64,000 nucleotides of DNA from Hypanus sabinus (Eukaryota). Shown piece by piece: positions 62,291 through 64,000 of the stretch; position 1 is the stretch's first letter; each line of letters begins with the position of its first letter. A model generated the notes under the pieces. The model was not told where the DNA came from and did not search any database. It saw nothing but the letters and a program-made list of their open reading frames with translations. The DNA is taken from positions 39,122,001 through 39,186,000 of the forward strand of contig NC_082707.1 of NCBI RefSeq assembly GCF_030144855.1, read 5' to 3'. Both the position numbers and the translations under genes were made by a program.

Positions 62291-64000
62291 TTTAAACTCA
62301 CAAACTTGAGCAACTAAATTTATTTCTTAAATAAGGAAATATATGGAAAATGCCCTTACTTAGAAGAGCTTATAAAGTTTTATTATTCTACTGGAAATGC
62401 CTTTTGTAATGACACTGTGCCCACACATGTTAATAAATAATCTTTACAACATGAACAATCATAAAGAACACTGTACATTAAAATAGAGTTGAACCCAACA
62501 TATTTCAAAAGTATTAAAAGCATAGAGACTTACACTTAAGCATAGCCAGCCTTGCTTCTTCGTTGGTTTTTCCTTGAGGTATTTGTCCTGCTTCATTGAT
62601 CAAGGTAATATTTCAGTTTGTTGTGATGTATACTGAAATTGCTTCAAAGGGGAAATTAAGCCATATGCTTATTAAAGCAAATGTAATTAGTATTTGGTGG
62701 CCAGCCAAAATCTATTGAATTAGAAATGAAATGGTAAGTATAAAAGGGGATGCTTGTTTGATAATCTAGAATTTCGGTGGGTTTCTGTTGGTCCTCAGTC
62801 ATTACGGGTAAGAAATGGACAAAACAACCAGTGCATTCGATCAAAAATGCACTTTATGTCAGGAAGCAATTGCAGCCTTACTTGGTATTTAAATCATTTG
62901 AAGCACCTCTACAAATTTGGAAAGTTGTCCCAATTCTAACACTGTGTTATGAGCATAGAAGTAAATAATAATGCTGGCTTTGTGTACATTGCAGAACAAT
63001 GGTTAGGTTAGCTAATAAGCTGACAAAGGCAAGGAAGACAACAGAAATGTTAACTTGCAGAGAGCAATTTTACAAATTACCGGCTTCAAAAATTTCATGG
63101 GAGTTCCTGTCTGTTCATGGGTTGCTACATTTGGGATAGACTCATCTCACTGTTTGAAGTGAGATGTATCATAGTGAATGAAATTTACATTGTGAAGGCA
63201 GAATAATTGAGCTGTTTTTCCTTCTGGTGAGGGTGGCTTATTCAACAGAAGGATCTGAAAGATGCTGTCTGAATTGAATTTAAAATGCAGCATAAAAATG
63301 GTGTAATGGTTGACATCAAACACTTATACTGTACATTCCACAAAATTGACTGCAGAACTTTCCAACAACCTACGAAGTCCCATTAATGGAGGGCAGTAAG
63401 TCTGGGACATTGAAGGCTGGAACTCTGACACCGGATATGTTGTCTATTTTGTCTTTTGCAAGGAAGTTTCCAGCCACCTCTTTTAAGTCTCCTACTTCTT
63501 CAGTGGTTTGTCCTGAGCTGTCTTCATTATTACAGACTGGAAGCCTGGACTCAACCCCAATGAACCCCTTCAACACAGAGGACAAATAATTGACCCAATA
63601 TAGTGCTGGAGGTTTTGTTTGCTCTGAATTTGCATTTCAATGCTAATCCTGGGAATTCTATCATCCAACTCTCCCCAACTTCCCTGATCCATGTTTACTG
63701 TTCATCCATCTCCTGGTAGGATAGATTTCCAGCCTTGCCTAATTGTTTAATCTTCTCCCTTCTTCCATCCTAAAAACTCTGACCTCTCCACTGGATATGA
63801 CTCCATTTCTTCTACAAGACCTCTCCTTCTAACCAATCTCTCTTCCTCTGACCCCTCTTCTACCCTACCAAAATGTCCAAGATCCCATCAATTCTGGTTT
63901 GGCGTCTAATCTCTCTCCCCAATTCCTTCCTGGTTCTGAGAGAATCAGAGTCAGAATGGGATTTATTATCGAAGACATGACATGGCATTTGTTGTTGTGC

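Overview
Eukaryotic, AT-rich, repeat-dense vertebrate DNA. The repeat landscape (CR1, Rex/Babar-type and L1 LINEs, Penelope-like elements, Gypsy, an ERV, hAT and Tigger DNA transposons) resembles a cartilaginous fish, probably a ray or skate; this is inference only. The one host gene I can support is a minus-strand NLR (NLRC3-like; FISNA-like segment, NACHT, HD2, ribonuclease-inhibitor-type LRRs). I assembled it by hand from 11 coding exons between 17807 and 38633 (2919 nt, 972 aa), with GT-AG junctions and compatible phases throughout; four of these exons are absent from the ORF track. It appears to be 'headless': the Kozak ATG has an in-frame upstream stop, there is no CARD/PYD and no C-terminal B30.2, it includes a 24-nt microexon and a 117-nt atypical LRR exon, and its Walker B is non-canonical (DGLSD). 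Other notable items are: (i) a family of short fold-back Penelope-derived insertions with TSDs and minimal hammerhead-ribozyme cores; (ii) a full-length U6 snRNA copy embedded in a non-coding repeat about 150 bp from the NLR start exon; (iii) a two-LTR endogenous retrovirus about 6 kb upstream of the NLR ATG; (iv) several nested TE insertions that can be ordered from their TSDs. Most ORFs in the supplied track are TE fragments or spurious. TE family names come from motif recognition, not database searches, and TE boundaries are approximate unless TSDs are quoted.
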